From positions 5,392,093-5,456,092 of the forward strand of contig MU058687.1 of NCBI GenBank assembly GCA_013265495.1: DNA of 64,000 bases, written 5' to 3'. Shown piece after piece: positions 1 to 14,200 of the stretch; the first letter of the stretch is position 1, and every line of letters begins with the position of its first letter. The DNA is from Vicugna vicugna. Its lineage: Eukaryota. Made by a program: the position numbers and the translations under genes. The notes under the pieces were generated by a model. It had not been told where the DNA came from and did not search any database. It saw nothing but the letters and a program-made list of their open reading frames with translations.

Positions 1-1559
1 TCTCTCTTAAATGTGCTCTTATGCTTTCTGTTTGTTAATATACATTCGAATCTACCATAAGTGAAAGATATATGTGATTGTACTTTATTTCACCAATTAG
101 AGCACTCAAGAGAGAGCAGGAACAGTGCTTGGCTCATGTTTATTTCCTCTATAAGGCACAAACAGAAACTGTCACATAGAAGGGACTCCAAAACGAAGCA
201 TGCTAAATTTAGTTTAAGTTTGGCTATTATGCATTATAGACTTCATATCTATACGTGTGTTATTTCTGTTCCCCACAACAAGCATCAGAGGCAAGTACTA
301 TTATTTCTTTTTGTAGAAAAGATATCTGGGGCACAGACAAGATTAATAAGTTTAAGGTCATGCAGTTACTCAGTGAAATTAGATTCACACCTAAGTATGA
401 CTCCAATATCCATGTGACTTTCTGCCATACCATTCTGATTCAATTAAATTTTAATTAAGTTTAGATGACTTCACCAGGCATAAAGCTTGTAGAAGGAATA
501 TAATCGGGTTAGGTATGAAACAGCGTTCCTCCCTCGCTGAGCCTACTTTATGTCATCTCTCTTTGATCAAAAAATGGGAAGTAGATCCTAAGGCTTCTAC
601 TGAATTGCTGACTGCAGTACTTCTGAAGCCCTTTGTAGATTTCCCTTTCCTCTTCCCAAATAATGTGACAATTTTCTGATTGAGACCTATGTGAAATAAC
701 TAGCCATATTACCTCTTGAAAATATTAAATGAAATTTAACCAAGAATATAGTTTTTCCTTATGTCATAACTACAGTATCATCTTAGGACACGAAACCTAC
801 TCATATCATGATCTGACTCTCCTGGGCTAGATCTATGCTTTGTGGAAGCAGCAGAAAAATAATATGCAGCAGCTGTTTTTCACTGACCAGAAAAGGAGTC
901 ATTGAAAATGGTAAGGGTAGAAAAAAAAATTCTTTAAAGCATAAACTGGAAGTGCATACGACAAACCCAGCCCACTGTTGTGTTTTGTTTGGATTAAACA
1001 GTGTTTTAAAACTATTTGACTTTGTGGCCAAAATTTAAAAGTTTGAAATTTCACAGAAAAATCCAGATTTCTGGGTTTTCTTTTTTTTAAAGAGTATGAA
1101 GGTCTGATCATACCAGACTTGCATTCCTGCATGAAAACTACTCAGGTTGAGTAGCAGCAGGAATGGCTGGTACCTTCAACGGTAGTCCAGTCAGATTGGA
1201 ACATGAAACACTTATGAAGTAGATATAAAATACAGAATGTAAGAGCTGGAAGGAACGTAGGAAAATCAAATAAGGAAACTAGACCAGGAAGCTGATAGCC
1301 CCCTAGGTCACATAGCTGGTTGGCAACAGGGCTACAGGAAGTTAGGTATTCTGACCGCTCGAGTCATCGGTCTGCTTATGGACTATCTGCATTAGCACAT
1401 TGCCTTATCGAATGACAAATAAATGCTTTGAGATTTGGGTGCAAAATTATTTGAGTGGCCATATAGCAACGTGGTTCTGAAAACAGGATGCTATACAAGG
1501 TCCAGCTTGTACAAACAAAAGTGCTGATGCTGTATTAACCTTATTATATACATTATTTT

Positions 1560-1690
1560 GTTCATTTATTCAACAAATATTTATCGAGCATCTACCATGT
1601 TCAAGGAATGGTATTGGGCATTCACTGGAGATGAAAAGAATGAACAATACAAATAAGATCTCTGCCTTCATAGTCATAAATTAGCAGTAG
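1560..1690 (-). mobile_element. L2 3' end
   Basis: ttcatttattcaacaaatatttatcgagcatctaccatgt. Confidence 0.7.
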
Positions 1691-3509
1691 CATCTGTAAC
1701 AGAATCTCCAACAGTGAATAATCTAAAGATGTTTCTCCAGATTTAAAAGCAGAATTTCTTCATAGTTCATAGAGTCCAGCAAATATACCACACATAATCC
1801 ATGATGGGTTTTTGTTTTTCAAACTTATTATTATTAGTGGCAAATTAGAATCAGAGGCTCAAACAAGGCAGTAAATTAATGGGTCAAATGGTAGAACACA
1901 TTTTTGGGGATTTAAGTAAAAATATTAACTTTTAATAATTCACATTTCTAGCCAATAATTTGACTTTTTTTGTTTGTTTGAAGCTGAATTTTAAGGCATG
2001 CCTATGATGCAAGAATATTTATATTGGAAGAAAATGTTCCTGACCACCCATCAAGTTACAGAGTAATTGTCTTCTAAATATGCGTGTTGAATCAGAGACT
2101 TCACTGCAGTTGGTAGCAGATGTAGGAGGAATAAACATTTTTTTCTTACTTCTCAGGGAACAGTCCTGTTGCCACAAGATTCAGTGCAAGAAATATGTTT
2201 TGAGCTCTATACTATGAATCAGGCATTATGTTTATCACTGGGGGGATAGAAAGATGACTATAAAATATTTACTTTCCTATATTAAATGTTCATTAAAGAC
2301 AGAAATTAAGGGAGGTAGAAAATAGTTAATATTTAGCTTCATGTTATTTTATTATTTTGTTCAAAGAGATTAAAAAATGAATATAATAGCTACCCCAAAA
2401 AAGCCAGAAAACTGTAAGAGGACCCCCTGCACACTTCAAAGGGTCAGTTAGTCTTGAGGAATAGGTAGTAACTATGGGGTCAAGGAGGTGGAGGGAATTT
2501 TGGGGCATTGCAAGATCAAAACCTCACTGAAGGTAGATAACTTGGATCCTTCTTATTACAGAAATTAAACCCCAGCCAGACCCCTAAAGGAGAGTGAAGG
2601 ATAGCTAGAATTAAATAATAGTTTTGTTTTTAAAAGGTGACAAAGAGGTTAGCAAAAAGAAGCCAAAGGAAAAAGGAGGAAAGGAATTTATTGACTTACT
2701 TAGCTAGACTATAAGTATGGCTAAAGCAGGTACTGAAATGATGTCATCAGTAAACCATCTCTCTCAGCTCTGCTTTCCTTTATGTTGTCTTTAGTGTCAT
2801 TTCTTAACTCCAGCAAGCATTGAAATCTCTTCCTTCTTGTTCCTGCCCATACATGTATTGACTGATCCAGACACTTACACAATTGTTTATATTTAGTCAG
2901 TACTTGATTAAATAATAACATATATGAATTTAGTAGATAACTTCTTTCTTATTAGTTGTTTGAAACCAAGAATCTTAAGAGCCAAACAGCGTGTCTTTTG
3001 TATCATCTGCAGCAGCTTGCATACTACCTTTCACAAAGCAGACAATCATGTATATTAGATGCATTAAATTATCAAATTAATCTTAAATGAGATGGTAAGG
3101 ATCTTGTATTCTGCGTACGAATTTAAAATAATTTGTAATATAGATGTTGGGGCAAAGAGAGGAGAGAGTGGCAGGTTGCATAAAGGGTATGAAGGTGCAG
3201 TAATGATTTCTAGTATTTTCAAGTTTTACAGGCTAAACACTAGGAATAATGTTGACTTGTTAAAATAACAAAGTAGCAGTGTTTGATGGGAGAATCTATT
3301 TAAAGAAGATAAATTCCACTTTGGACACCTCAAGCTTTAACAGCTGATAAAATATTCAAGTTGCTAGTTTGTATTAGCAAATGTCTATAGGAAATAGAAA
3401 GCAGATGAGAGTTTGGGTCTGAAGATAAAGATTTGGGATTCACTGTCATTAGCATAGAATTGATGATAATAACCATGAGAATGAGTAACATCCCATAAAA
3501 ATGAGTACC

Positions 3510-5910
3510 ATCAAGTTCTTCTTTGAGCAATAGTATCAGCTGCATATTCCAGAAAAACCTACTAAAAAAACTAAGAAATTCTGGATAAAAGAAAACAAAT
3601 AGACTTTACAGCATAGATTAGCAACAAAAAAGTAAGAGAAATTTACAGGTTAAAAAAAAAGAAGCCTAAAAGAGCCTGAAACTGAACATAAGCCAGTGTT
3701 ACAAAGTCAGGCTGCCCATGGCATTTCCTGACAGCAGGAATTTAGATGCTCAGGTTTTAATGGCCAAGATCAGGAAAGGTGAGAAAGACCTCAGTCTGGG
3801 TCACAGTAATAAGTCAAATCTGAGACTCCTGCAGAAAGTTGGGTTACTTGAAGGGATAGTCCCTCAATAAAAATGTAAGCCAGAAAAAAATTCCTCCACT
3901 GGGAGAGGGACCAACAGAGGAACGCGTTTGCCTTAGGCTTTGGTAGAAAGGGAAAATGAGTCTCCACTGGAAATTCACAATGACAAGCCTGCCCTGACAC
4001 GGGTGAGACAGAGACCTGAACACTTACCTTTGCATTCTAGAAACTGCAAGGAAAATTAATTTTTAAGGGATTCCAGGTTTTTAATGGCCCAGGACACCTG
4101 ACAGAAGGAAACACAAATCCTGTCTAGAGAAACAATTACCATAACCTGGATTCCTCAGAACCTCCAAAAATTAGTATCTGCCAAAAGGAAGGATATAACT
4201 TAAAACTATCAAAAACACAAGTAAACAATGCCCTAACAACACGAATAAGAGAAAAACAGTCTAAGGTCTTAAGAGTTGGAATAATCAGATACAAATTACC
4301 TTAAAATATGTTTTTAAAATTCTGAGAGAAAAGAAAAAATTAACAGTAAGAATATTTAACATGGTACTTTCAAGAAATAACCAGGAAAACTTGAAAAAGA
4401 ATTCAAAAGAACTTTCATACATTAGTAATATAAAGTTTGAACTTCAAAACTCAATGAATTGGTTAAACAAAGATTAGACACAACTGAAGAGAGAATTGAA
4501 GAACTCACAGGAGAAATTAGAAGAAACAAACAAAAAATGCAGTGCCCTTGAAATTAAAAAAAAAGGAACAAAAGACTTGGAGAATAAAATGACACACATA
4601 CAACTATTTGGAGTTAACAGATGAGTAAAACAAATAAATAAAGGGGAATTGATATTCAAAGAATTAATGGCTTTGAATTTTTTAGACTCCTTGAAAAACA
4701 TGTATCTTCAATTTAGGAAGAACAACAATACCAGTAAGAGTAAATAAAAGGAAATCGCGCTTTCGGTACATGGTAGTGAAATTTCTAAACACTAATGATG
4801 AAGAGAAAATCTAAAATGTACCCAGAGGAAGGGAAAAATGCAAACAAATTGGTAACAGATTGTCAACAGATTCTCAACAGCAATACTGGAAACACCAGTA
4901 AACTATCTCCAAAAGATTATCTGTAATTATATCCCTCCCTAATGAACAAGATAAGAAAGATACTTTTAGATAAGAAAAGAGGGAAAGAGGAAAAAGTCTA
5001 CTACAAATGCATCCTCCCTAGGAGAATATTTAAAGAATAAATTTTAGGAAAAAAGAAACTCATCTCATGAGGTAGCCCTGACATTCAAGGACTGGCAAGC
5101 CAATAAATTGGCAAATATGAAAGTAAACATAAATGAACAATGTCTGTGTATGAAATGATAATAATTTGAGACAGATAGAACTAAAATATTGCACCAGAAT
5201 AACATTTCAGAATATGGGTGAGACACTGAGAAAATTACAAAACTTCATTGAAAACGAGTAAAGAATACCTAAATAAATGGAAAGCCATATCACGTTCATG
5301 AACAGAAAGATGCAGTACCACATAAATGGCAATTATCCCACAAAATCACTGAAAATGCAACAAAATTTCAATTAAAGTGCTAAAAATTGTTCTTTCTTGG
5401 GACTTAGAAAACTGATTCTAAAATTTATCTGAAAGAACAAAGTGCCAAAAATAGCCAAGATGCTCTATAGCAAGACAAATATGTATAGGGAGAGTAAGGG
5501 AAGGAATTTGTAATAACAAAGCTGTTTGTGAAACTATAACATTAGTTTTGAATCATACGAAGCTGATATTTTTATAGGTCAAGAACAAATATTGGTAATT
5601 CCTCATGGTTCAACACAATAATAAAGATGTATTATAATACTGGTTTAGAGAAAAACACATAGACAAGAAAAATTCAGGATAGGGAGCCTGGGACAGAGTC
5701 ATGTATATATGGAAACTTGTCAGAACTGGCATCATAGATCACTGGGAGAAAAGAGATAAAGATGCTGTAATAATTACATGTTAAGACAGTAAAGTCACAT
5801 TAAATTTCTTACCTAATGCCATGCACAAAATTAGCTCCAGGTGGGTAAAACACATATTTATGAAAAGCAAATATTAAAACTGCTAGAAGAAAATATAGGA
5901 AAATATCTTT
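3510..5910 (+). mobile_element. Old degraded L1 (5' UTR/ORF1 remnant joined to late-ORF2 remnant)
   Basis: ORF1-like aaaactcaatgaattggttaaacaaagattagacacaactgaagagagaat; ORF2-like cctaaataaatggaaagccatatcacgttcatg and ctagaagaaaatataggaaaatatcttt. Confidence 0.7.
5542..5619. mobile_element. MADE2-like mariner MITE inserted in L1
   Basis: ~80 bp with degenerate terminal inverted repeats: ttag..ttgaatcatacgaa / ttcctcatggttcaacacaa. Confidence 0.6.
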
Positions 5911-5919
5911 ACAAACATG

Positions 5920-6355
5920 TTTTCCCTTTCGTCTACAGTAATAGAATTTTCAGGTGGTCACATGGCTGTCCAGAATAAAGGCAATATTTTCTAACCTTCT
6001 TTGAAGGTAGCATCCTCTGTGACAAAAGCTCTGGCCAGTGGGATATAAGTGGAAATGTCTATAAAACAGTTTCTAAGAATCTCCTTAAAAGATAGCTGGT
6101 AGATACATACCTTGACCCCTTTTTTTCTCTTCCTTTCTACCCTCTGCCTGGGACCATAAGGCATCTTGAGGGTGGAGCAGAAAACTAGAAGGAACCTAGA
6201 TCATTAAGGACTTCATGGAACAGAGCTCCCATATCTGCTGCAGATCACCTACCTCAGGATTTTTACATGAGAGAGAAAAATACGCTTCTGTCTTGGTTAA
6301 GTCATTGTTATTTTAGGTCTCTGCTCCTCACAGGCAAACCTAATGCTACCTAGTG
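5920..6355 (+). mobile_element. MaLR (MLT1-type) solo LTR remnant
   Basis: ctctggccagtgggatataagtggaa...tttttacatgagagagaaaaatac...taagtcattgttattttagg. Confidence 0.6.
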
Positions 6356-7823
6356 TAATTTGCAATGACATTTTCCTCTCTCCTTATTTCAGAAAGAATA
6401 CAAGACAAAAACAGAATACATATAGAATATAATCCTATAGGAACATCCACTTTAAATAGACTAGGAGGAGAGAACAGCAAAAGAGAAAGTAGAAGAGTTA
6501 GAAGGGCCACATGAAAGAGCGTGAATACTGAAAAAAAAAAAATACCTCCGGACTTGTCTAGATTAGAAGGAGGTCACTGGTGACTCTAGAAGACTGTTCC
6601 CAAAGAATAAGAAGTCAGTGAAGCAACACAGCACTCAAGGGATTACTGCCACTTGTATGTTACTTGGATGCCTTCCAGCGCCATGCAAAACCAGCAGACA
6701 AACATGTTTGGTGTTCCTGGGCTATGGGTGTAACCAGGTGTACCTCAGTCATCAAGAAGCAGATACAGCCTTTACCCTGGATAATTTCTTGATGTCTTTT
6801 CTATAATCATGGCACAACCAGTAGGAACATGCCTTGTCTGCTCCATCTGGTCACAACTGAACTGACAATTCAATTCAGTTGAGGTTCAACCTATCTCTCT
6901 TCTTCACTAAATAAATAAAAAATAAGGGGATTATTTTTTCTCTATGGCTTAGAAGGTAACCATTTTATACCACGGAGAGAACTACATAGATTACTATCAA
7001 TAATACATTATAGAAGTGTAGATAATTGTGTGCCTATAACAGAAAATGACAAATCTTCTAAAGGTATAACTAAAACGTGGGCCTGATAGCACTCATCACC
7101 TGTACGGAAGCCCTGAGCACCAGAACAGAGAACGAAGACATCGATGCAAGCAAGAACTTAGAACTTAGAAAAATATGAGTGGGTACTCCTCAGTATACTC
7201 AAGGGAGATGCTTTTTTAAAATGTGCACAAACTGAGAATATATATGTCAAAAGAAATTTTTCCATAAGGAAGAATAAATTTAGGAGATTTCTGTCATTAT
7301 AACATATAGCCTATATTTATACATCCTGAAAGTATAATAGGGAGCACATGTAAATGGGTAGAGTCGGTAGGGAAGTTCACCAAAAAAAAAAAATTAGTGT
7401 TGGGTTTGATGAAGGAAAGTGCAGCCATTATAAAAGTGGAGGAGGTTTGGAAATGGAAGATTAGATTTCCCTGGTACCATCAGAGGATGGGAATTCCTTA
7501 ATTTTCCCTTAGGATTTTCTTCACTTTAAAGAAATTTTCCTATGCCAAATATTTACAATGCACTCTTCCCAGTGGAATTGGTAGAGCACCTAAACCTCAA
7601 ACAATTAAGGTAACAAAGGTAATCCATAAGGTATAAATGCACAGAAACATACAGAGCAATGAAATCTTGGTGGCGAAGTAGGAACACCTGATGAATAACC
7701 ATCCTGCAACATTAAGTGGGGATGCCACCTCCTATGGGAGTGGCCTATAAGGACATCTATGCCTCTGGCCAGTACACATGTTAGTAAATTGCCTCACACA
7801 TGTTGTCTAAAATGTATGAATCA

Positions 7824-8158
7824 CTTATATATGTGGAATCAAAAAAAAAAAAGACAAATGAACTTATTTACAAAATGGAAACAGACTCAGAGACATAGAA
7901 AACAGATTTATGGTTACCAGGGAGGGAAGGGGGTGGGAAGGGAGAAATTCGGAGTTTGAGATTTGCAGATACTAATATATATAAAATAGATAAACAACAA
8001 ATTTATACTGTACAGCACAGGGAATCATATTCATATCTTGCAGTAACCTATGATGAAGAAGAATATGAGAACAAATGTATGTATGTTCCTTTGTGACTGA
8101 AGTATTGTGCTGTACACCAGAAACTGTACTTCAATAAAAATATATTTAAGAAATAAAT
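7824..8158 (+). mobile_element. 5'-truncated young L1 3' end with perfect 15-bp TSD
   Basis: L1 3' UTR motifs (cttatatatgtggaatc...tatggttaccaggg...gctgtacaccagaaac...aataaaaa). aaaatgtatgaatca occurs at both 7809-7823 and 8159-8173. Confidence 0.85.
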
Positions 8159-9659
8159 AAAATGTATGAATCAAGATTTCTGCCTGAAGTACATAGACTA
8201 AATCAATAATACAATACACTCCACCGCATCCCATATTCATGCTCATGATTTCAGGCTAAAGTTCTTTATTTTCTGGAGGGAATGGGGAAATACAAAGTGG
8301 ACAGCAAAGCCAGGAGAGGAAACAGAAGCTGTACTCCCTTTTTTGAAGCAGGAATGGGAATGGGTGGGTTCCTGGATCCCTAGCATTCTCTCAGTTCAAT
8401 TTCCCTGATTTGGGCCAGTTACAGTGGCTACCATTTATCAAGAGGTACCTAGAATCTCTTCTGCTACTCCAAAAGACCTATGCAGCTACAAGACCCAGAA
8501 CTGCTCCCCCTTGGATGTTTAACCTACAGGGTACAAAGAGTTTGGGCTGCAAGGGAAGCAGGGCTCTAGCCAGTCGGCTCCTGCAGGTAGACCCATGAAT
8601 TCCCAATGGCTGGATGTGCAGGCTTACCCAGGACAGCTGGTTAATTTCACAACAACAAACCTTGCATTTGTCTTGATTAAGTTTTCAAACTTTTACACTA
8701 GTGTATGTTGGTAATTTATGCCTTTTACTCCAGCATATCTTCCTTTTGTCCATTGCACAAAATCTAGGCCACAGGGGTTGACGAAGATGACTAAGCCACA
8801 GTGAATCCTTACCCATGTGAAAACTGGGAAAGGATTGTGAATGCCTCTGCAAAACGCCCCAATACAACACATTATTATACTGAGGAATTTTATTACAAAT
8901 TTTCCTGGAATGTCTTTCAGGGCTCAGTGTTGGCTGGAAGGCTTCTTTATTTTTACAAAACACCCTATTCTATGTTTTTCGATCCAGTTTACTCTAGAAG
9001 CCCTTCTAGACGAAGTTAAATGGCAAAACTTCAAGGTTTTAAGGCTCAGTGCATATGGAGATGCATATCTAGTACATGAGATAATATCATGTTTAGATTT
9101 TTCATTTACCAGCCAGACTATAAACACTTAACAGTGTGGGAAACCATAGTTTATACCATTTGTATGTACACCCACTGAAGGTAGTATTTTGATGACTAGT
9201 GCTTTATTTATACTAATAGGTGCTCAAACACTCAGTGATTTAATGTTAGTTATGTAACTGCTCACCCGAGAGCGGAAGAAACACAAAGAAATAGAAAATT
9301 TATCTCCTATCCTCAGTTTTCTCAACTTTTATGAATTAGACTGAATTCTCTCTTCTAAAAATGATCAACACATTTTAGTGTCTTAATTTTTTGACTGATT
9401 TGGCCTCCTTAGTCACAACTGACAGATACTTCGTAAATACATATTAGTAAATACATATTGACTTACTAAATGGAAGACAGTCCATCTTCTTCTCTAAATC
9501 TTGCCCAGCCTCTCAAGTCCTTTTAAACTCCACAAAGTCTAGTCTGAGAGCTCTACCCTTTCTTCGAATGTTTTTAATGATTGTACACACCCAGTCACTT
9601 ATTGAGGTTCCCCTCACTTTTAGGGAAGTTAAGTAAGTATTCTTATTTAACCCTCATTC

Positions 9660-10095
9660 TAGGGTAAGTTGAAAATAACTGCCATTGAGTTAACTTCCGA
9701 TACCTTTGTATAATCTCAGCATTTCTTACAGTCCTTCTGGTAACAGACCCTAGTCCCATGACAACAGAGTGGACATGTGACACAAGCTGGTCCAGTTCAA
9801 GTCCTTCTCTCGAGATAGTTTCAAACTCTACTTAAGCCAGCTGATAGAATGTCAGTGAGGAGCTTCCCCTAGCCGGGTTACCCAGAGTAAGGAGAGGCTG
9901 GTCTAGAAGAAAAAGCTGATACCCAAAAAAGAGAAGACACCGAAGACCTAGCAAGCACTGAAGGTTTCTAAGTCACTGGAGCCTGCTGTCCCTGAGGTAA
10001 GTTTCATCCCAGCCATTTCCAGGGTTTCCTTTTATCAGCCAATATATTCACTTTTTTTGCAGACTAATTGGAGTTTGCCACCTGCAGTCTTGACG
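9660..10095 (+). mobile_element. Probable MLT1-type LTR remnant
   Basis: ggacatgtgacacaagctggtccagttcaag...cagccaatatattcacttttttg. Confidence 0.45.
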
Positions 10096-10976
10096 AATCC
10101 ATGACAGGTTCCTCGAGGGAGTCATGTCTTTGTGAGTTTAGTTTTACTGCTTTTGCACATCACATTACACCTAGTGCAGATGCGCCCTGCAAGGAATAGA
10201 AACTCAATCAATAGGTGTCAAAGTAATGATTCTTTAAAATTCCACTGAAATTCTGGAATATTACATGACACTACAAATATTAATTAGATTACTATGTGTA
10301 GGAAATCATGAGCAAGAGTCTCAAGAGATAGTAATACTTTGGTTAAGTCACCTGTTTTCAGGAACAAAATGCACGTACTTAACCATGTTGCAATTACATC
10401 CTTGTCATTAACAGGTCACTGCCTTCGCAAACCATTCTCATCCTTTATACCTTATCATAGTGGGAAGTGCTTGATATAAATGTGTTCAGATGTTGATTTT
10501 TTTTAACTCCACATTATTGTACTGCCAATTATATAACAAATTATACATGTATACATATACACATATATATGTGTACACACATACATACATATATTCTATG
10601 TGTGTGATATGTATTTAACTTCCTGGAAAGTTTATTTATTGCACTTAGAAAACCTGAGATGTAAATACAACAAAGTAGAAATCTGTTCCACAGTCTCTTT
10701 AACAGGCCCCTTTCCATGAATTCCGTGTGCAACTTGTTCATGAATATGGAAAGTATCTTAAGATTTTCTTTTAACTTGTCTTGATTTCCTTGAAGACTCT
10801 GGCACACAGCACGAGATTAAAATAACCTGGCATTGCTGGTGATTTTGCCCACAAATACCAAGGAATAAATATTAGAATGATGGATTCTCTTTCCCTTGTC
10901 AACCATGAATGTGTTCCAGCCAAGGGCAAGGTCTAGAGAGTAATTTAAAAATAAACAAACAGAACCAAAGAGTAAC

Positions 10977-10990
10977 TTTATTCTTTTATT
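10977..10990 (-). terminator. DIO2: Tandem polyadenylation signals (AATAAAagAATAAA), likely DIO2 3' end
   Basis: Two AATAAA hexamers ~220 nt past the SECIS, followed by a GU/U-rich tract (minus strand ttctgtttgtttattttt, ~10947-10965). Confidence 0.75.
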
Positions 10991-11210
10991 CAAAGTTTAC
11001 TAAAATACAAGAACAAATTTAAAAGCACACATACCACTCAGCACCAATATAATAACACTCTTTCTACGCATAATCTCCAAAGCATTTCTGTTTCTGCAAC
11101 TGAGAAGCAGAGATACACACACACACATTCTCACCACATTTACCCAGTACTCATAGCATCATGCCCCGAGTATCCTCCTTGCTGGGGAGACAGAGATGGG
11201 CAGAAGCAAA

Positions 11211-11281
11211 CAGATGTGACCACATCCAACCACTAACTGAGTCGAGGACTCTTTCATCAGTAGTTATCATTTGCACACTGG
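11211..11281 (-). promoter_or_regulatory. DIO2: SECIS element (type 2) in the DIO2 3' UTR
   Basis: Minus strand reads ccagtgtgcaa-ATGAT-AACTACTGAT-g-AAA-GAGTC-ctc-GACTC-a-GTTAGTGGTT-GGAT-gtggtcacatctg. This gives the AUGA/GA kink-turn core, a 10-bp helix II, unpaired AAA and an apical mini-helix. Confidence 0.95.
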
Positions 11282-14200
11282 TAACTTCTGCACATCCCGA
11301 TCTCCCTCTTCGGGTGCCCGATTACTTGGGCTAGTGATAGAGTCTGGTGATAATGTGATGCAAAATTAAATAGAACTGGCCAACGTTCCCTACCCAACAT
11401 CTTTTAATTGCTTTGGTTATAAAGTACTGGATACTTATGTCTTCACATCTTCCAATCTTAACCCACACAAAAACCACACCAACCAGTGACATGGTCTGGA
11501 TATGTCTTGAGAGAATTTTATTTCCCACTCCCTTCTGTGGGCTTCTTTCATTTATGTGTTTACCTATTTGCTTTTTTGGAGGAAGGGGGGAGTTTTGAGC
11601 CAAAATAGTGACTTCATTAAACATCTCCTGTGTCTTCGAAGTCTCCTAGGTAAATATTAAATAAACTCTCTGGAGCTCTGGTGCTGCTGCCCAAGATGGG
11701 CAGTGAGCCCCAGCTTGCGTGAACAGTATCATTTGGACATCTGTACCTGTTTGCTTTCTATTGGTTCAGACTCATCTTGGAACAGAACTGGATCTCTTAA
11801 TTCTGAAACCTTACTTCTGGTGCTATCCAGAACATAAGGCATTAGGAAATGGCCCAAGTTTTGCTCATGTTTAAGAAAACATGTTAGTAATGTTTTGCTT
11901 AAGTCACTCAATGACAATCATCAGCTCTTCTCCAAAGGCGAGAAGAAATTTTCCCAGACCAGCAGATCAAGCCCTCAGGGCCTAGTTCTTCCCAGTTAGT
12001 AATTTCCTGAATCTCCCAGGCCCTATCCCCTTCTTTCACCGGGGACCTCAGGATACTACCAAGAGAATGCTGATCACCAAGCAGAGGTTGGTACTTATGC
12101 CCCATTCTGGACTTACATAAGAAGCATGGGCCTAGCTTCTATGTTTAAGATTAAGGAGGAAGTAGAGAGGAGGGTGGAATATAACTAAAAACACTTTAGT
12201 TCTGATTTTTGGCAATATCAATTCTTTAGAAAAAACTCCTGGAATTAAAAGCCTCACAGTTGATCTCCACTGCTCAGAGACATAACATTGGGCATGTTCT
12301 AAACAGTTTTAAATGCTGGTTAATGGTTTTTTTTTTTATCAATTCTTCAATGTAGCAGGCATTGGTGTCTACATTTTCCCCTTTGCAATGACCATGTGAT
12401 TCTAATTAAGCTTATTTTCCAAACTATCAGAGATTAGGTAGAAAAAATGCCCGTGTTTATCTTCTTACGACTTACAGGATGGGAAGTCTTGCACATCAAT
12501 GCATTCCTCTTGCCATGGACATAGCCCACTGGGCATGCTGAGGTCACCTTGTATCCAACGGGGAATTGTCCCAAAGGCATGGGCATTGTCTTTAACCTGC
12601 CCCTTGGTATCTGTTGCAGCAAGGCAGCACCCACACAGGACCTCACCGTATTTCTTAACTTTTATTCAAGACCCAAAAAGTGAAACACACTCAGGCAAAA
12701 TGAAACACAGCAGACCTTTCTTCTTTCCTTCTTCACAGAACTGGCATTTCCTGATTAATGACAGGAGAATTAAACTAAATCAATAGACCTTTAGAAGTTG
12801 ATATTACCAAAAACCAGGGGTACATTCTATAAACAAGGTGAAGACACAGGACCAGAGATCTGAAAACATGAATGTGAAAAGTCATATCAGTTAAATGACT
12901 GGCATGTTAGCTGTGCAAAGAATAGCATTAGTAACCTGCTTCGAAGGAGATCAGCTACATTTTAATATCTGTTATCAAATACTTACACCCCATTTGTGCA
13001 GGCTTTTCATTCATGTCCACTCAAGAAAGTCATTGTTGATTCCACTAATATTTTCTCTAAGCAATAAAATTAAGTCAGCTTTGAATAGTTCCAAGACACA
13101 CGTCTTTCAAACATTAAATGAGTAAATCCAGATGCTGTGATAATATTTAACATTGCTTGGAAACTATTTCAATAATAGACAAGCTAATTCAGTTTAAAGG
13201 CTAAACTGGTAGCTCCACGTAAACATAGCCTTTGGGGTGGATGCTTAGGTACTAAGAAGAGGAAATCATATATTTATATATACTTTGCCTTGTGCGAATA
13301 CAAACTACAAGTCTTCAAAGGAACGTAACTTGTAAAAGACAGGATAGGTGGGGTGGGTGTTAACAATCTAATAATTTCTCTGAGCATACTAGCTAAACAT
13401 TGATTCTCCTCTATCTCAAATAATGAGTTCTTGTTAAGCTAATAAAGATACATCACAGGAAACCGTAAGAGTTTATGCTGAGATAAATAAGCTACGTAAC
13501 GATACAGGCTTATCACAATTCTGAGAACACCGAGCCATTCTGCATCTCGTAGAGTTCCTGAGCTTTGTCGATTCACTTTCTCCGCCGGTGCCCCAACAGC
13601 CTTTCTTCCAGCAACTCTTCTATGTTCAGTTGAACCTTTTTCCCTGATATTCAGCCTGTGCCTTTGTATGTTTACTTCCTCTGCTTCGCTTCTCCATTGG
13701 TCTATCCTCAGGGAGAGGAATTGCATGCACACACCTTCTCTTTCTTTAAAAATAATATCACAACTGGGTAATTTTTCCATCATCCTTTTCCCCAGACAAC
13801 TAGCACTGACTGCCTTACCCAAATCTCATCCCCCCACCAGCTTCTCTAACATCCTGTTCCATTACTGTACGTGCAGAACAAAGGGGAAGTTTAAGGACAA
13901 CAGTGTGAGTGTGCTGCCACCAATTCTTCATTTTTTTTCTCCAGGGTACCACAGAAGTTTCAGCACCATTTTGAAGATAGAAATCAGTGGAGCCCACTGA
14001 TAAGCCTTGAGTTACAGAGTTTAACAATTGAGGACTCTGAAATAATCTGTTCTCCACGTGATTTTTCCAGAAATTCCTTAGACATTTTCAAAATTTGCTT
14101 TCTTTCTCTGTGGGTATGTTTCTTAGAGTTTAGAACCCTAGGAATCTTAAATGTTGCAGTTAAAAATAATTAGTTAAAATGGTGCTTTACTATCTAAGTA

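Noticed and set aside
13959..13979. REST/NRSE site (TTCAGCACC)
   Set aside because: The right half-site (GGACAG) is absent.
13439..14057. Cluster of 80-127-aa ORFs in the 3' UTR
   Set aside because: No recognisable protein; consistent with chance ORFs.
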